A stretch of DNA of 64,000 bases from Herpetosiphon sp. (GTDB lineage: Bacteria > Chloroflexota > Anaerolineae > Anaerolineales > Villigracilaceae): the NCBI GenBank assembly GCA_020717985.1, contig DYDH01000002.1:43135-107134 (forward strand), read 5' to 3'. Under the pieces are notes generated by a model that did not search any database, had not been told where the DNA came from, and was given only the letters and a program-made list of their open reading frames with translations. Numbering within the stretch: the stretch's first letter is position 1; the number at the start of each line of letters is the position of its first letter. A program made the position numbers and the translations under genes. Positions 37,531-46,569 of the stretch are shown here, piece after piece.

Positions 37531-39006
37531 CTAATATCCCGCCGGCAACCTGCCGACCCAATCTTCCCCGATGCGGATCTCGATATCGGCCGTCGCATCC
37601 GGGTCAGGCTTGATGATGATTTGATTACTACCAGTGATCCCAAAAGTATCGGTCAAATACCGCAAGGCATACAGCTTTGGGGAATACAAGATCAGCACAG
37701 TCTGTTCAGACCATCCGGTGGGGATACCATAATCCATCACCTGCATTCCCTGTGCCATCAGGAAATTGGCAGTACGTCTGTCCAAATCCGCTGTGTAGGT
37801 ATTATTCGTAATCCGTATCCGCGCCGCATCCGCCGGCATCAATGTTGTTGCGTCACCCTGCGCAAGTGGGCTGAGTGGTCCGCCGGGAATAAAGATCTCA
37901 TCGCGCAGGATGCGGATCATATCTGGGATGGGTCTCAAGACACTGGCAGGAACTCCATTGAGTGTGACATTTGCAAAGACAGCCATGTTGTTATCGATGA
38001 CGCCCTGCTTGATGCTTTCAATCGGAATGTCTTTTGCGAGCACCGCCAGTTTCAAAGCATCCTCGAAGGACATGTTGGTATGGATGCCAGCTGAGAAGGT
38101 TTGATAAATCTCCGGAGCCTGCGCCAATAATTCTGGAAAGTAAATCGGATCGAACACCTTGTCCCTGATCGCCATGATGACTTGTTGTTGGCGCTTTGCA
38201 CGACCCACATCTCCACCACTGCATCCTTGAGACTCATGACGACAACGTGCATACGCAAGAGCACGTTTACCAGTTAGATGGCGAAAGTCGCCAGGGGTAA
38301 GCACAAAATGATCCTGCCCAGTACCTGCCGGGTCCAATACCATTTTTTCATCAACATAAACGTCTATGCCGCCGATCATGTTGATGAAAGACACAAAGGT
38401 GCCAAAATCCACCTGAACATAATAATGAACCGGCACACCGATAAATTGGGAGACGGTTTCCATTGCCAGACCTGGTCCGCCACCAGGTAGTTTGGCTCCC
38501 TCTCCAAGAGTCCAGGCTGTATTGATGCGGCTGTAACCAAAGCCTGGAATATTGACCCACATATCACGTGGGATGGATAGCATGCCTGCTGTTTTGGTGA
38601 CAGGGTCGATGGTCAATAACATGATCGTATCAGTGCAGGCCGGGCAATCGTCACCGCTGATGTCGCCGCCACGCAGACCAAAGAAAACAATATTGATACG
38701 GCTTCCGCCATCCCATTGAGGCATCTCAATCTGCGGCGCTTCCACATCGGATGGAATATCTGTAATGGGCGCACCGTCAATGTTGAGATCAGGGATGGCA
38801 GATTGACCTTCCAGATTTCCGCCACAATAAGAAGGCGGTGTACCAGGGAGGGCAGTCAATTGCCAGCAGGCTGTCAGGCGACGCACAAAGAAAAAAAAGC
38901 AGACTGCCAGCACCAACGCGACACCCCAAAAAATAATTTGCCCTACCGAAAACTTTTGGTGATTTGGGTATCTGATGTTCTTAGGGTTCAATGTATAAAG
39001 ATCCAT
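37531..39006 (-). CDS. LCP (LytR-CpsA-Psr) family protein with LytR_C-like domain
   Basis: TDTIML, LSIPRDMWVNIPG, ALAYARCR, DVGRAKRQQQV. Confidence 0.9.
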   Translation of the reverse strand: MDLYTLNPKNIRYPNHQKFSVGQIIFWGVALVLAVCFFFFVRRLTACWQLTALPGTPPSYCGGNLEGQSAIPDLNIDGAPITDIPSDVEAPQIEMPQWDGGSRINIVFFGLRGGDISGDDCPACTDTIMLLTIDPVTKTAGMLSIPRDMWVNIPGFGYSRINTAWTLGEGAKLPGGGPGLAMETVSQFIGVPVHYYVQVDFGTFVSFINMIGGIDVYVDEKMVLDPAGTGQDHFVLTPGDFRHLTGKRALAYARCRHESQGCSGGDVGRAKRQQQVIMAIRDKVFDPIYFPELLAQAPEIYQTFSAGIHTNMSFEDALKLAVLAKDIPIESIKQGVIDNNMAVFANVTLNGVPASVLRPIPDMIRILRDEIFIPGGPLSPLAQGDATTLMPADAARIRITNNTYTADLDRRTANFLMAQGMQVMDYGIPTGWSEQTVLILYSPKLYALRYLTDTFGITGSNQIIIKPDPDATADIEIRIGEDWVGRLPAGY

Positions 39007-39061
39007 TTTGGCTTTTGATGATCGTCACGGAGAGTCGCTCGACAGATGATCAGGCATTTTT

Positions 39062-39943
39062 CTACATCAGCCCCGCGCCCATGAACGGCGCAATGATTGC
39101 CAGCACCAATCCCAGCACAGCCATCACACCGAACAAGCCGGCCCGCTGACGCACTAACGCAGCTCTTGCCTCGGTTGTCTCCACAACGGAACGATGGACG
39201 GACTCCTGCAAGCCTTGCACACTGGATAACACTGGACGATTATTGGCGAAGAAATCATAGATGTCGCGCAGAAAGAGATTGGCTTCCACATCCGCAGGAT
39301 CCGGAAGGTGAGCGCGCGTGACTTCCACGGCTTTCGTAAAATCCTCCACCTCCATGCGTGCCACCAGCAGCCCCAATAGATTGCAGAACGGTCCACCGAC
39401 AGTGGATGCGCGTCGTAATGCCTCTTGCACACCCACGCCCGAGGACAACAGCGAACTCAGGACAGATAGACCGATCAACATATTGTTGCGCAATGACTCG
39501 GCGCGTTTCTTCGCTAGAGTCTTCATACGCACATACGGACGGCGCAAGCCCAGGAAGATAAAGATCAGCGCAATGACGGGCGCGGCTGCAATGATGTTCA
39601 TAGCTGCCAATGCGCCGGCAAGCATTCCACCCACTGCAAGGAAAATCGAAAAGTCGCGGATGGCCACCGCATAAAATTCACCGGGCGTATCGTATGGATA
39701 GCCGGCGCGCCTCAGGAGGCTGACCACATCCGCCATGTTCTTTGCCTGATCCGGATCAAAGCGTCCGGGCAAAATGGCAACGAGCAATGCCTCCCAGGTG
39801 GAACGCCTCTTGGTTGAGGTGGGTGATTGGAAGTTCATCAGGCGATTGGATCCAAACATGCTGAACGCAGTTTGGAAAACGGACATTAGTTCAAAAGCCA
39901 GCACGCTCAAGCTGAGTGCGCCGAGGAAAGCGAAAAAAGTCAT
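39062..39943 (-). CDS. tadC: TadC-like (T2SS F domain) membrane platform protein
   Basis: LRRAGYP, TM pair, SGVGVQEAL, C-terminal TM. Confidence 0.7.
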   Translation of the reverse strand: MTFFAFLGALSLSVLAFELMSVFQTAFSMFGSNRLMNFQSPTSTKRRSTWEALLVAILPGRFDPDQAKNMADVVSLLRRAGYPYDTPGEFYAVAIRDFSIFLAVGGMLAGALAAMNIIAAAPVIALIFIFLGLRRPYVRMKTLAKKRAESLRNNMLIGLSVLSSLLSSGVGVQEALRRASTVGGPFCNLLGLLVARMEVEDFTKAVEVTRAHLPDPADVEANLFLRDIYDFFANNRPVLSSVQGLQESVHRSVVETTEARAALVRQRAGLFGVMAVLGLVLAIIAPFMGAGLM

Positions 39944-41076
39944 AGGGTATCTCCTTCAGGAATGTCGAAGCGGAAGTCTAATAACTTTTGCAATGGGGCT
40001 TCGCCCAACTGTCGCCCACGAAAACATTTGCTATATAGTGCCCGACGCAGGGCGGTCATATGTTGTTCGTTACGGGTGATGTCATGTGGTGGACGCGGCT
40101 CGGCATGGCTCAAAGCGCCGCTGCCGGATTCCCATGTTGCTCCCCCAAATTCAGGCGGCCAGAGGGGAAAGGCGTATGGATCCCATTCAGGCAAATGATT
40201 ATTTTTCATGGCCCGGTGCCATTGCCAGAAAGCTTCAAAGCGCGGTCCCCACAATCCCCAGACCAGGTTAAGCTGTAATGGTTCGCTCCTGAGAAGATCA
40301 AGAGTCTCCGTGCAATGATGGCAGATCGGAATGGCATTCTCCGGTCGCTGATAGCGCCACACAATTTCCACGGGTGCGTCCGGGGGTGGATTCAAAATTG
40401 GTCGCCATGAACCTGGCTTACCGCAACGCATACAGGCATTGGGAAATTCATGACGCCAGGGAATGCCGGCTACAGATGCCGCCACCAATTCATCAAGGTA
40501 GGGTTCCTCCACACTCAACACCGAATACGAAAGTTTCACCGCGCCATCCGGCAGGTTCCAGACACGCGAGAAGTCCAGGAGAAAACCTGCCGAACTTACG
40601 ATCTGTCCGCGTTCCCAGGTTTCAAATTTCCTGCGCTGAATTTCAGACTTGACTTCACCTTGATGCGCCTCGCGGATGCGGCGGATGTCGGCCACTGCTT
40701 CCGCAAGTAATGCGAATAACAAACTGTCCATGCGGATGCTAGCATCCAGCGCACCACTCTGAGGCAGCTCGGGTGACAGAGAGAGGATGGTCTTTATAAA
40801 AGGGCGGTAGTCTACCTCTGGAGCGGTCTCGATCACGTATCGGCACTCTGGCAGTTTCGCAAATTTCCAGGGACGGATCACCTGATCAAACAGGACTTCT
40901 CCATCCGCGCTCAAGGCGGCGATTCGTAGTGGCGGACAGAAGAAGGTGTGAAAGAGGCGTTTTGAATCATTGGGATACACAAAGGCCAGAATGTTTTCAT
41001 TCATGTTGTTGAAAAATATTGCGCCGGTCGCGCGTTGTTCGGATGTAATCAGGAAATGTAATTGCATGTTATTCAC
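39940..41076 (-). CDS. DUF192-like N-terminus fused to CxxC...CxxC (HNH-like zinc finger) region
   Basis: FHTFFCPPLRIAALSADGEV...YVIE, CMRCG...NAIPICHHC. Confidence 0.55.
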   Translation of the reverse strand: MNNMQLHFLITSEQRATGAIFFNNMNENILAFVYPNDSKRLFHTFFCPPLRIAALSADGEVLFDQVIRPWKFAKLPECRYVIETAPEVDYRPFIKTILSLSPELPQSGALDASIRMDSLLFALLAEAVADIRRIREAHQGEVKSEIQRRKFETWERGQIVSSAGFLLDFSRVWNLPDGAVKLSYSVLSVEEPYLDELVAASVAGIPWRHEFPNACMRCGKPGSWRPILNPPPDAPVEIVWRYQRPENAIPICHHCTETLDLLRSEPLQLNLVWGLWGPRFEAFWQWHRAMKNNHLPEWDPYAFPLWPPEFGGATWESGSGALSHAEPRPPHDITRNEQHMTALRRALYSKCFRGRQLGEAPLQKLLDFRFDIPEGDTL

Positions 41077-43000
41077 TTACTCCTTCACCAAAGAGGATTT
41101 CGCGCACGGCTGGCAGGAGGGGGTTGTTGGAACCCATCGCTTTTTTCCAAGCGTGTGCAAGGGGATGATTTATTTGCGTGGGAATTTCGTAAGCCCGCGT
41201 AGGGGTGGTGTCGATCAACATCAAAAGTTCTGTGGGCGGCAGGTCGGCCAGTTGTCGGAAGACTCCGCGCGCTTCGCGCAGGGAATGTTCCCGTAGCCGG
41301 CTGATGGCGTAGCCGAGTGGGTCTGCTAAATTTCCGCTTTGCGGGCTGGCAACATACAGCACCCACGAAACGAAGGCATGCACGGAAGCCTGGACTTCCA
41401 GGAGTTCGCGTTGGACTTTGGGATGCACGTCATTCTGTTGAAGCAAGGTTTCGAGTTCCCAAAAATCAGGCGCCACCCCCGCCGAATTTTCTGCGTGTTG
41501 GGTGGTGGAAGTGTTATTTTTATTTGTGTTTAATGGGTGTTTTAAAGAGTTTAAAGCAGTGCCATTTGCGTCCACCATATTGCTGCCATTTGCGTCCACT
41601 AATGCTTCCATTTGCGTCTGGCTATTACTGCCATCTGCGTCCACTCTATTACTGCCATTCGCGTCCACCTTATTACTTCCATTTGCGTCCAGCGGTTCAT
41701 CCAGGAGCACCCGAAAGGTACGTGACATACTCTCAACACGCAGGTCGAGATAGGTCTTGGAATCAGAAGGCTCCACTTCAACCAGGAAACGAGATAGGTC
41801 ACCGCCGCGCTGTTGTGATTTCCATTGTTGATTGAACCAGGCTTGCACGGTTTTGTAACGATTGGAGCCAACGAGTCCCCCCATCTCCTGATAGCCCCCT
41901 TTGAAGGTCACCACTTCACGCCGTTCACCGGTGCGGGAATTTAGGTACGCCATATCGCGCGCGACCGTCACAAGCCAGGCTTGTGCGGGAGTCAGGTTGA
42001 AGCGCTTGATCGTTTCCGTGATGAAGTAATGCGTGATGTGAATATCACCCAGCACATTGATAATCCTGCGATGCAGCTCCTGTGCCAGATGGTCTACCTG
42101 AGGATCCAACACTCCACCAGTTTCAAAACGCGCTATGTCCATCACGGTATCAAAGGGAATATTTGGATTTGCCGACTCGCTGGGAATGAGTAACTCCATG
42201 ACATCCTCAGTGTCCAGCAGTTCCTGCAAGGCATTCAGGATGGATATGCCTTGATCCAACAAAGCCCTTATTCGCGAATAAATCGTAGTGGCATCTGCGC
42301 GAGTCAGACGCGGAGTCATGCAGACCTGATAGCGGATCGGGATGCGATGGGGGCGTCCATCCCGTCCTCGCCGGTATTTACGTTCATGGGCTGGGTCTAT
42401 GCGCTGCACCAATCCATTGAGTTCGGATTGGATGCCCCTATGTCGCAGCGATCTCCAGAAGGCGCCAAAACTCAACCCGCTGAATCGCAAGACATCGCCG
42501 CTGTGTAATGCCATGCCAGATTCTTTTCCACTCGCGTGTACTCTCCAGGCAGCCTGGTGAAAACCGATATACAACCAGGTGGCCTTTGGTCCGATCTCCA
42601 TCCCCAGCCGGCGCAGATAACCTTTCACGACAACTTGTTTATGAGGTTGGACGATCTTGTCATAGTCCAGCCATTGCACGGGTTCAATGGCAACTTCCTG
42701 TTCGTCATCTTCTTTTTCATCTTCATTGCCGTCAGGTTCCATTTCTTCATTTGGAGAATCTCGGACAACAAATTGAACGGATACGGATTGATGCAAAATA
42801 CCGATTAGCAATCGTTGCACGGTACTGGCAAGGCGCGACTCCAACCAGTCACGCGCATATGCATTGCGTGTCGCAACTATCATCACGCCCATCTCAAGCG
42901 ACAACACTTCTGTATCCCGTACCCATGTATCGAAGGAGGCACGCGGCATTTCCATCTGGAGCAAACCCAGCACGGATTGCCAAGCTTCGGTTGGATTCAT
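41069..43000 (-). CDS. Replication initiator with DnaA N-terminal domain
   Basis: AWQSVLGLLQMEMPRASFDTWVRDT...NAYARDWLESR, no AAA+ motifs, internal DNA repeats. Confidence 0.75.
   Translation of the reverse strand: MNPTEAWQSVLGLLQMEMPRASFDTWVRDTEVLSLEMGVMIVATRNAYARDWLESRLASTVQRLLIGILHQSVSVQFVVRDSPNEEMEPDGNEDEKEDDEQEVAIEPVQWLDYDKIVQPHKQVVVKGYLRRLGMEIGPKATWLYIGFHQAAWRVHASGKESGMALHSGDVLRFSGLSFGAFWRSLRHRGIQSELNGLVQRIDPAHERKYRRGRDGRPHRIPIRYQVCMTPRLTRADATTIYSRIRALLDQGISILNALQELLDTEDVMELLIPSESANPNIPFDTVMDIARFETGGVLDPQVDHLAQELHRRIINVLGDIHITHYFITETIKRFNLTPAQAWLVTVARDMAYLNSRTGERREVVTFKGGYQEMGGLVGSNRYKTVQAWFNQQWKSQQRGGDLSRFLVEVEPSDSKTYLDLRVESMSRTFRVLLDEPLDANGSNKVDANGSNRVDADGSNSQTQMEALVDANGSNMVDANGTALNSLKHPLNTNKNNTSTTQHAENSAGVAPDFWELETLLQQNDVHPKVQRELLEVQASVHAFVSWVLYVASPQSGNLADPLGYAISRLREHSLREARGVFRQLADLPPTELLMLIDTTPTRAYEIPTQINHPLAHAWKKAMGSNNPLLPAVREILFGEGVSE
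41515..41691. repeat. Six iteron-like repeats plus AT-rich tract (putative origin)
   Basis: CCATYYGCGTC at 41562, 41586, 41608, 41631, 41655, 41679; AT-rich stretch at 41515-41555. Confidence 0.8.
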
Positions 43001-43098
43001 AGTCTCAACTCCGAAAACGAAATCAGGCTATTTACAGCCATAGGTCTCACAGTCCCCATAGCATTCATTTTTTTCGTTACAGCCTTTCCTGTGCGTTC

Positions 43099-43179
43099 AA
43101 CGTAGGCGGGAACGTGGGCGGAAGCGCAGGCGGGAGGTAGACAGCACGTAGGCGGCACGTAGACAATGCCGCCTACGTT
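43099..43179. repeat. Centromere-like (parS) direct-repeat array
   Basis: CGTAGGCGG-like units at 43101, 43113, 43125, 43136, 43147, 43158 and an inverted unit at 43169. Confidence 0.65.
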
Positions 43180-43220
43180 GAATTCATTCCTTTGGTTGAC
43201 ATTTATGTTTTGTGTGAAAT

Positions 43221-43829
43221 TCATTTCGTGCCATCCAAAGCCAATGTGAAGGTCCCAGCTTTTTGGACTGGTTCAAGATTTAACAGACCGTTGTCGTATG
43301 CCCTCAAACCAAAACGTAGCAAGGCGGTAATCAATTCCCCAATGGGCACATTCAATCCGTCTTCGGACGCCAGAGCCGCAAGTTCTTTTTTGAGTTCGGG
43401 TGGAAAGCCGCGCCAGGTGGTGATGACCCGCCATAATGACTCGGGCTGTTTTTGTTTCGATAATTTTGCAGGTCGGTCGTATGAACGCGCTGAATCAGAA
43501 GATGGAAATAATGTCATTCGCATTCGCAGAGGATTGGGTCTTGGATGAAGATCAACATCACCCTGCTCGTAACCCCGCAGGGCATATTCAATCACCGCAC
43601 GTGCGACTTCTCCCGATGGCACAAGCAGATCGCCGGCAATCGACTTAACCTTCAGGGATAGTTTAGGGTCCACACCGCGATAGACTACCTTGTGACTTTG
43701 GTGTTCCTTTTCCCACTGACGATTGCGTATGCGAGGTTCAGCCACGCGCAGAGAATCATAAATGCTTGGTGGATGGACTGCGACTGGAGCTGATTCAGAA
43801 GTTTCAAAGGGATTACGTCTCTTGCTCAT
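43221..43829 (-). CDS. Tandem ribbon-helix-helix-like protein, likely ParA partner
   Basis: Internal duplication (YRGVDP...VPSGEVARAVIEYALRGYEQG / WRGFPP...VPIGELITALLRFGLRAYDNG), directly downstream of parA. Confidence 0.6.
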   Translation of the reverse strand: MSKRRNPFETSESAPVAVHPPSIYDSLRVAEPRIRNRQWEKEHQSHKVVYRGVDPKLSLKVKSIAGDLLVPSGEVARAVIEYALRGYEQGDVDLHPRPNPLRMRMTLFPSSDSARSYDRPAKLSKQKQPESLWRVITTWRGFPPELKKELAALASEDGLNVPIGELITALLRFGLRAYDNGLLNLEPVQKAGTFTLALDGTK

Positions 43830-43838
43830 GGTGGTCTC

Positions 43839-44609
43839 CTAAAACTTCATCACCAGCTGGGTCAACGCTTGATATTCTTTTGCAGCCCGACACAATGGAT
43901 CAACTTCAAAAATCGTCTGCCCTTCTGCGGCACATTCCCGTAATAGCGTAGCGCGATGGATTGGCGGCAGTACACTGGCGTCAAATCGCTCGCGCAGGGC
44001 ATCCATTGTGGCTTTGCTTTCACGGGTTTGTTCATCGTAGAAAGTCGGCAGGATTCCCAATAGATTGCCCCGCCAGTTTTTCTTTTCCTGCAGGATGCTC
44101 ATCATGAGCAAAACTTTTGAGACGCCATCAGCAGACAGAAACTCGGTGGCAGTGGGAACGATCACAAGGTCCGAAGCCCAAACTGCACGTTCCTGAATAC
44201 CGCCTACACTGGGTGCAGTGTCAAAGATGATGTAATGCAGACCTTCTTTGAAAAATCGATTAATCGAATGTCGAATGGCGGATATGGGTTTATCCTGCGC
44301 GTTGAGCACGGTTTGCGCAGCCATTGTCTGTTGGTCGCCAGGCAGGAGATACAAACCCTCTCTTCCGGAAAAGCGTACCCATGACTGAACGAAGGTGGTC
44401 TCCTGTGGGGTCATGCCCATTGTGAGCAGATAAAATACGCCGGGCTCCGGGCTGCGGCCCAGTGCAGTCGCTGATTGTCCCTGTGGATCGAGGTCGATCA
44501 ATAAGACCCGTCTTCCTTTTTGAGAGAGACCATGAGCGAGGGAAACGGCAGTGGTGGTTTTTCCCACCCCGCCCTTTTGATTTGCGATACAAATTACTTT
44601 TGTGGACAT
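43839..44609 (-). CDS. parA: ParA/Soj partition ATPase
   Basis: NQKGGVGKTT, IDLDPQG, IIFDTAPS. Confidence 0.95.
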   Translation of the reverse strand: MSTKVICIANQKGGVGKTTTAVSLAHGLSQKGRRVLLIDLDPQGQSATALGRSPEPGVFYLLTMGMTPQETTFVQSWVRFSGREGLYLLPGDQQTMAAQTVLNAQDKPISAIRHSINRFFKEGLHYIIFDTAPSVGGIQERAVWASDLVIVPTATEFLSADGVSKVLLMMSILQEKKNWRGNLLGILPTFYDEQTRESKATMDALRERFDASVLPPIHRATLLRECAAEGQTIFEVDPLCRAAKEYQALTQLVMKF

Positions 44610-44741
44610 TTCATTTCCTTGCTGAGAAGCCTGGTTCTGGCATCGCTAACACAGTCGTTTCCACAGTAAAACAACTGCCATCCCTATGAGGATGGGAGCG
44701 CAGAACAGAATCAGTCCGATCAATATCCCTTCAAACATGGG

Positions 44742-44954
44742 CTAGCCTTGCTTGTTTTCCGGGAGGAAAGCCACATCTATACTGGGGGGTAGCGTGGGGT
44801 TCCTTGTAACTTTGCTTTCATCGGAACGCGAAGAGGTTTCAGCCGGTTTGGTTTTCTCCCGAGGCCAGCTCAAAATCAAGCGGTATGCCTTTGCAAGCAG
44901 CTTGCGTTGTTCCAGGGTGTATTCCTTGATTTCAGGAGGCGCATTGTTCATCAT
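44742..44954 (-). CDS. Small hypothetical protein
   Basis: AGGAGG RBS, overlaps the upstream small ORF. Confidence 0.45.
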   Translation of the reverse strand: MMNNAPPEIKEYTLEQRKLLAKAYRLILSWPREKTKPAETSSRSDESKVTRNPTLPPSIDVAFLPENKQG

Positions 44955-45120
44955 GTTTTTCCTCCTGATTTTCCGCATCCGTTTCCAACAAACCAAGCCT
45001 CTCCAATTCTTTGCGAATGATCAGGGCCGCCTGAGCCTTGGGCGCGCGGTATTCCTTCGTCGCCAATTCGTACAGCGCACTGCGTTCCTGTTCCCGCAGA
45101 TAAACAATTACTTTTGCCAT
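44932..45120 (-). CDS. Small RHH-like DNA-binding protein
   Basis: AAGGAG RBS, KVIVYL...ERSALYELA...AALIIRKEL. Confidence 0.65.
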   Translation of the reverse strand: MAKVIVYLREQERSALYELATKEYRAPKAQAALIIRKELERLGLLETDAENQEEKHDEQCAS

Positions 45121-45142
45121 AGTCTCCTTTCCGCGGCATGGA

Positions 45143-45174
45143 ATAAAAAAGAGCCGCGCATCGGCGGCTCTTTT
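45143..45174 (-). terminator. Terminator-like hairpin downstream of the TM-HTH gene
   Basis: AAAAGAGCCGC...GCGGCTCTTTT inverted repeat. Confidence 0.65.
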
Positions 45175-45226
45175 AACATCTGGGTCTATGGTAATTGTAT
45201 GGTTTAGACTACGACTATTCTACGAG
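45170..45226 (-). promoter_or_regulatory. Heptamer-array promoter of the partition/replication operon
   Basis: Minus strand CTCGTAG, GTCGTAG, ACCATAC, ACCATAG spaced 11-12 bp, then N8-GTTAAAAG. Confidence 0.6.
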
Positions 45227-45268
45227 ATTGTTGCAGGCAAAAAACGATACAGATTATTCTGAACTGCA

Positions 45269-45937
45269 TCATTTTCTTTTGGATTGTGCATGCTTATATT
45301 TTTTCAATTCCTTGAGAAACTTATTGCGCCATCCATAGAAGGTTTGGTTGGGAACCAGCGGCATCCCGGTTTCGGGTGCCGTGCCAAAACGCTCCTCCAG
45401 GAATTGCTGCAAAGTGACGGATGTGCCATGCGACTGCATGATTATCCAGTCGCGCACAGCCCGAAATTGGGTATCGTCCGGATGCAGGCTTTTCTTTCCG
45501 CCCCGCCTGCGTTGTCCGGTAATGACCAGTAATTCCTCAATGTCGGTCATCGTAATTCCGGGTGGTATTTCATCCGATGGCGCTTCGGCTGGTTGAGATG
45601 CTGGAATTTCTTCAAGCTTGTGTCCCCACAGCTTTAGAAAAAGTTCAAGCCTGCCGCCTGTCAGGGGCTTCCTTTTGAAAATCAGGAAACGCCTGCAAAC
45701 GGCCCATTCGAGTACGCCGCCAAGTCCCATCCCCACCAGAATTAGAAACAAAATTCCAATGGTCACTCCGGCGACAATGACAATAGCCAATTCATTACCG
45801 AAGGAGGATTCCACAATATGGTGCAGACGGTCCAGCACTGAGTAAATGATCACCCCCAGACAAATGATGAGTATTACAAGGAGCAGTTTTCTTTTGGGAA
45901 AGCTAGAACCGCCCCGCACGGGAAGCTCTTGATTCAT
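45269..45937 (-). CDS. Two-TM protein with C-terminal HTH-like domain
   Basis: Two hydrophobic helices, TLQQFLEERFG...VPNQTFYGWRNKF. Confidence 0.65.
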   Translation of the reverse strand: MNQELPVRGGSSFPKRKLLLVILIICLGVIIYSVLDRLHHIVESSFGNELAIVIVAGVTIGILFLILVGMGLGGVLEWAVCRRFLIFKRKPLTGGRLELFLKLWGHKLEEIPASQPAEAPSDEIPPGITMTDIEELLVITGQRRRGGKKSLHPDDTQFRAVRDWIIMQSHGTSVTLQQFLEERFGTAPETGMPLVPNQTFYGWRNKFLKELKKYKHAQSKRK

Positions 45938-45973
45938 AAGGCGTCTATTTTACCCGAAATTTTTTTAAAAAAA

Positions 45974-46030
45974 CTCGTAGTCCAACTCATAGGCATACGA
46001 TAAAGAAACCATAGTGCCGCAGGTTAAAAG
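45974..46030 (+). promoter_or_regulatory. Heptamer-array promoter upstream of the xis-like gene
   Basis: CTCGTAG, CTCATAG, ACGATAA, ACCATAG spaced 11-12 bp, then N8-GTTAAAAG. Confidence 0.6.
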
Positions 46031-46099
46031 GAATGCGGCACCTTAAAAACAGAATAGCGCCAGATAACATGGCACGGTTATAATTGGCATGGAGATCAC

Positions 46100-46315
46100 A
46101 TGGAAGACTGGTTGACCACCTACGAAGCGGCGCGTATCAGCAGCTACGAATTGGATTACATTCGTAAGTTGATTCGCGCCCAAAAAATCACAGGACGCAA
46201 GTGGGGGCAGTCCTGGCAGGTCAGCCGGCAATCCCTATTGAAGTTTATGGAAGACCGCGAGACGCAAGGGGAGAAGCGCGGACGAAAACCAATTCACCGT
46301 AACAAAGAGCAATAG
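46100..46315 (+). CDS. Excisionase-like HTH protein
   Basis: WLTTYEAA...YIRKLIRAQKITGRKWGQSWQV, GGAG RBS. Confidence 0.8.
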   Translation: MEDWLTTYEAARISSYELDYIRKLIRAQKITGRKWGQSWQVSRQSLLKFMEDRETQGEKRGRKPIHRNKEQ

Positions 46316-46331
46316 TGCAAAGCTTTGGGGG

Positions 46332-46359
46332 TTGATATTTAGAATGTATGTGCTATAAT
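46332..46359 (+). promoter_or_regulatory. sigma70-like promoter with degenerate LexA box
   Basis: TTGATA-N16-TATAAT, GAAT-GTAT-GTGC at 46342-46353. Confidence 0.55.
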
Positions 46360-46384
46360 TTCATTGCTGGCAATGAAATAGCTA

Positions 46385-46468
46385 ATGAAAGAAACGGGTC
46401 GTGCATGTGCGCTAACACAGGCACGACCCTAACCCAACCCACCGATCAGAGCGGAGGGAAAAGGGCTG
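46385..46468 (-). ncRNA. Candidate cis-antisense small RNA
   Basis: Minus-strand TATAAT at 46474-46479; hairpin GGGTCGTGC/GCACGACCC followed by TTTCTTT on the minus strand. Confidence 0.35.
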
Positions 46469-46569
46469 AATTTATTATACAGCCCCTTTGAAACGCCCTG
46501 GTGGGATTCCATTAGGGCGTTGTGTTTTCCTCCGGGGAAAGATAGCGCCAAAATTGATAGGAGAATCAT

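Noticed and set aside
41562-41691. CRISPR array
   Set aside because: The period is only 22-24 bp with no unique spacers, and the repeats lie inside a coding gene. Iterons fit better. The Cas4-like gene has no cas neighbours.
41069-43000. Chromosomal dnaA/oriC
   Set aside because: Only domain I is similar. There is no AAA+ or domain IV, and no dnaN/gyrB context.
42997-43224. 75-aa ORF between the RHH gene and rep
   Set aside because: Its middle is the translated repeat array. ATGA overlaps at both ends mean it could be a coupling peptide, but no product can be supported.
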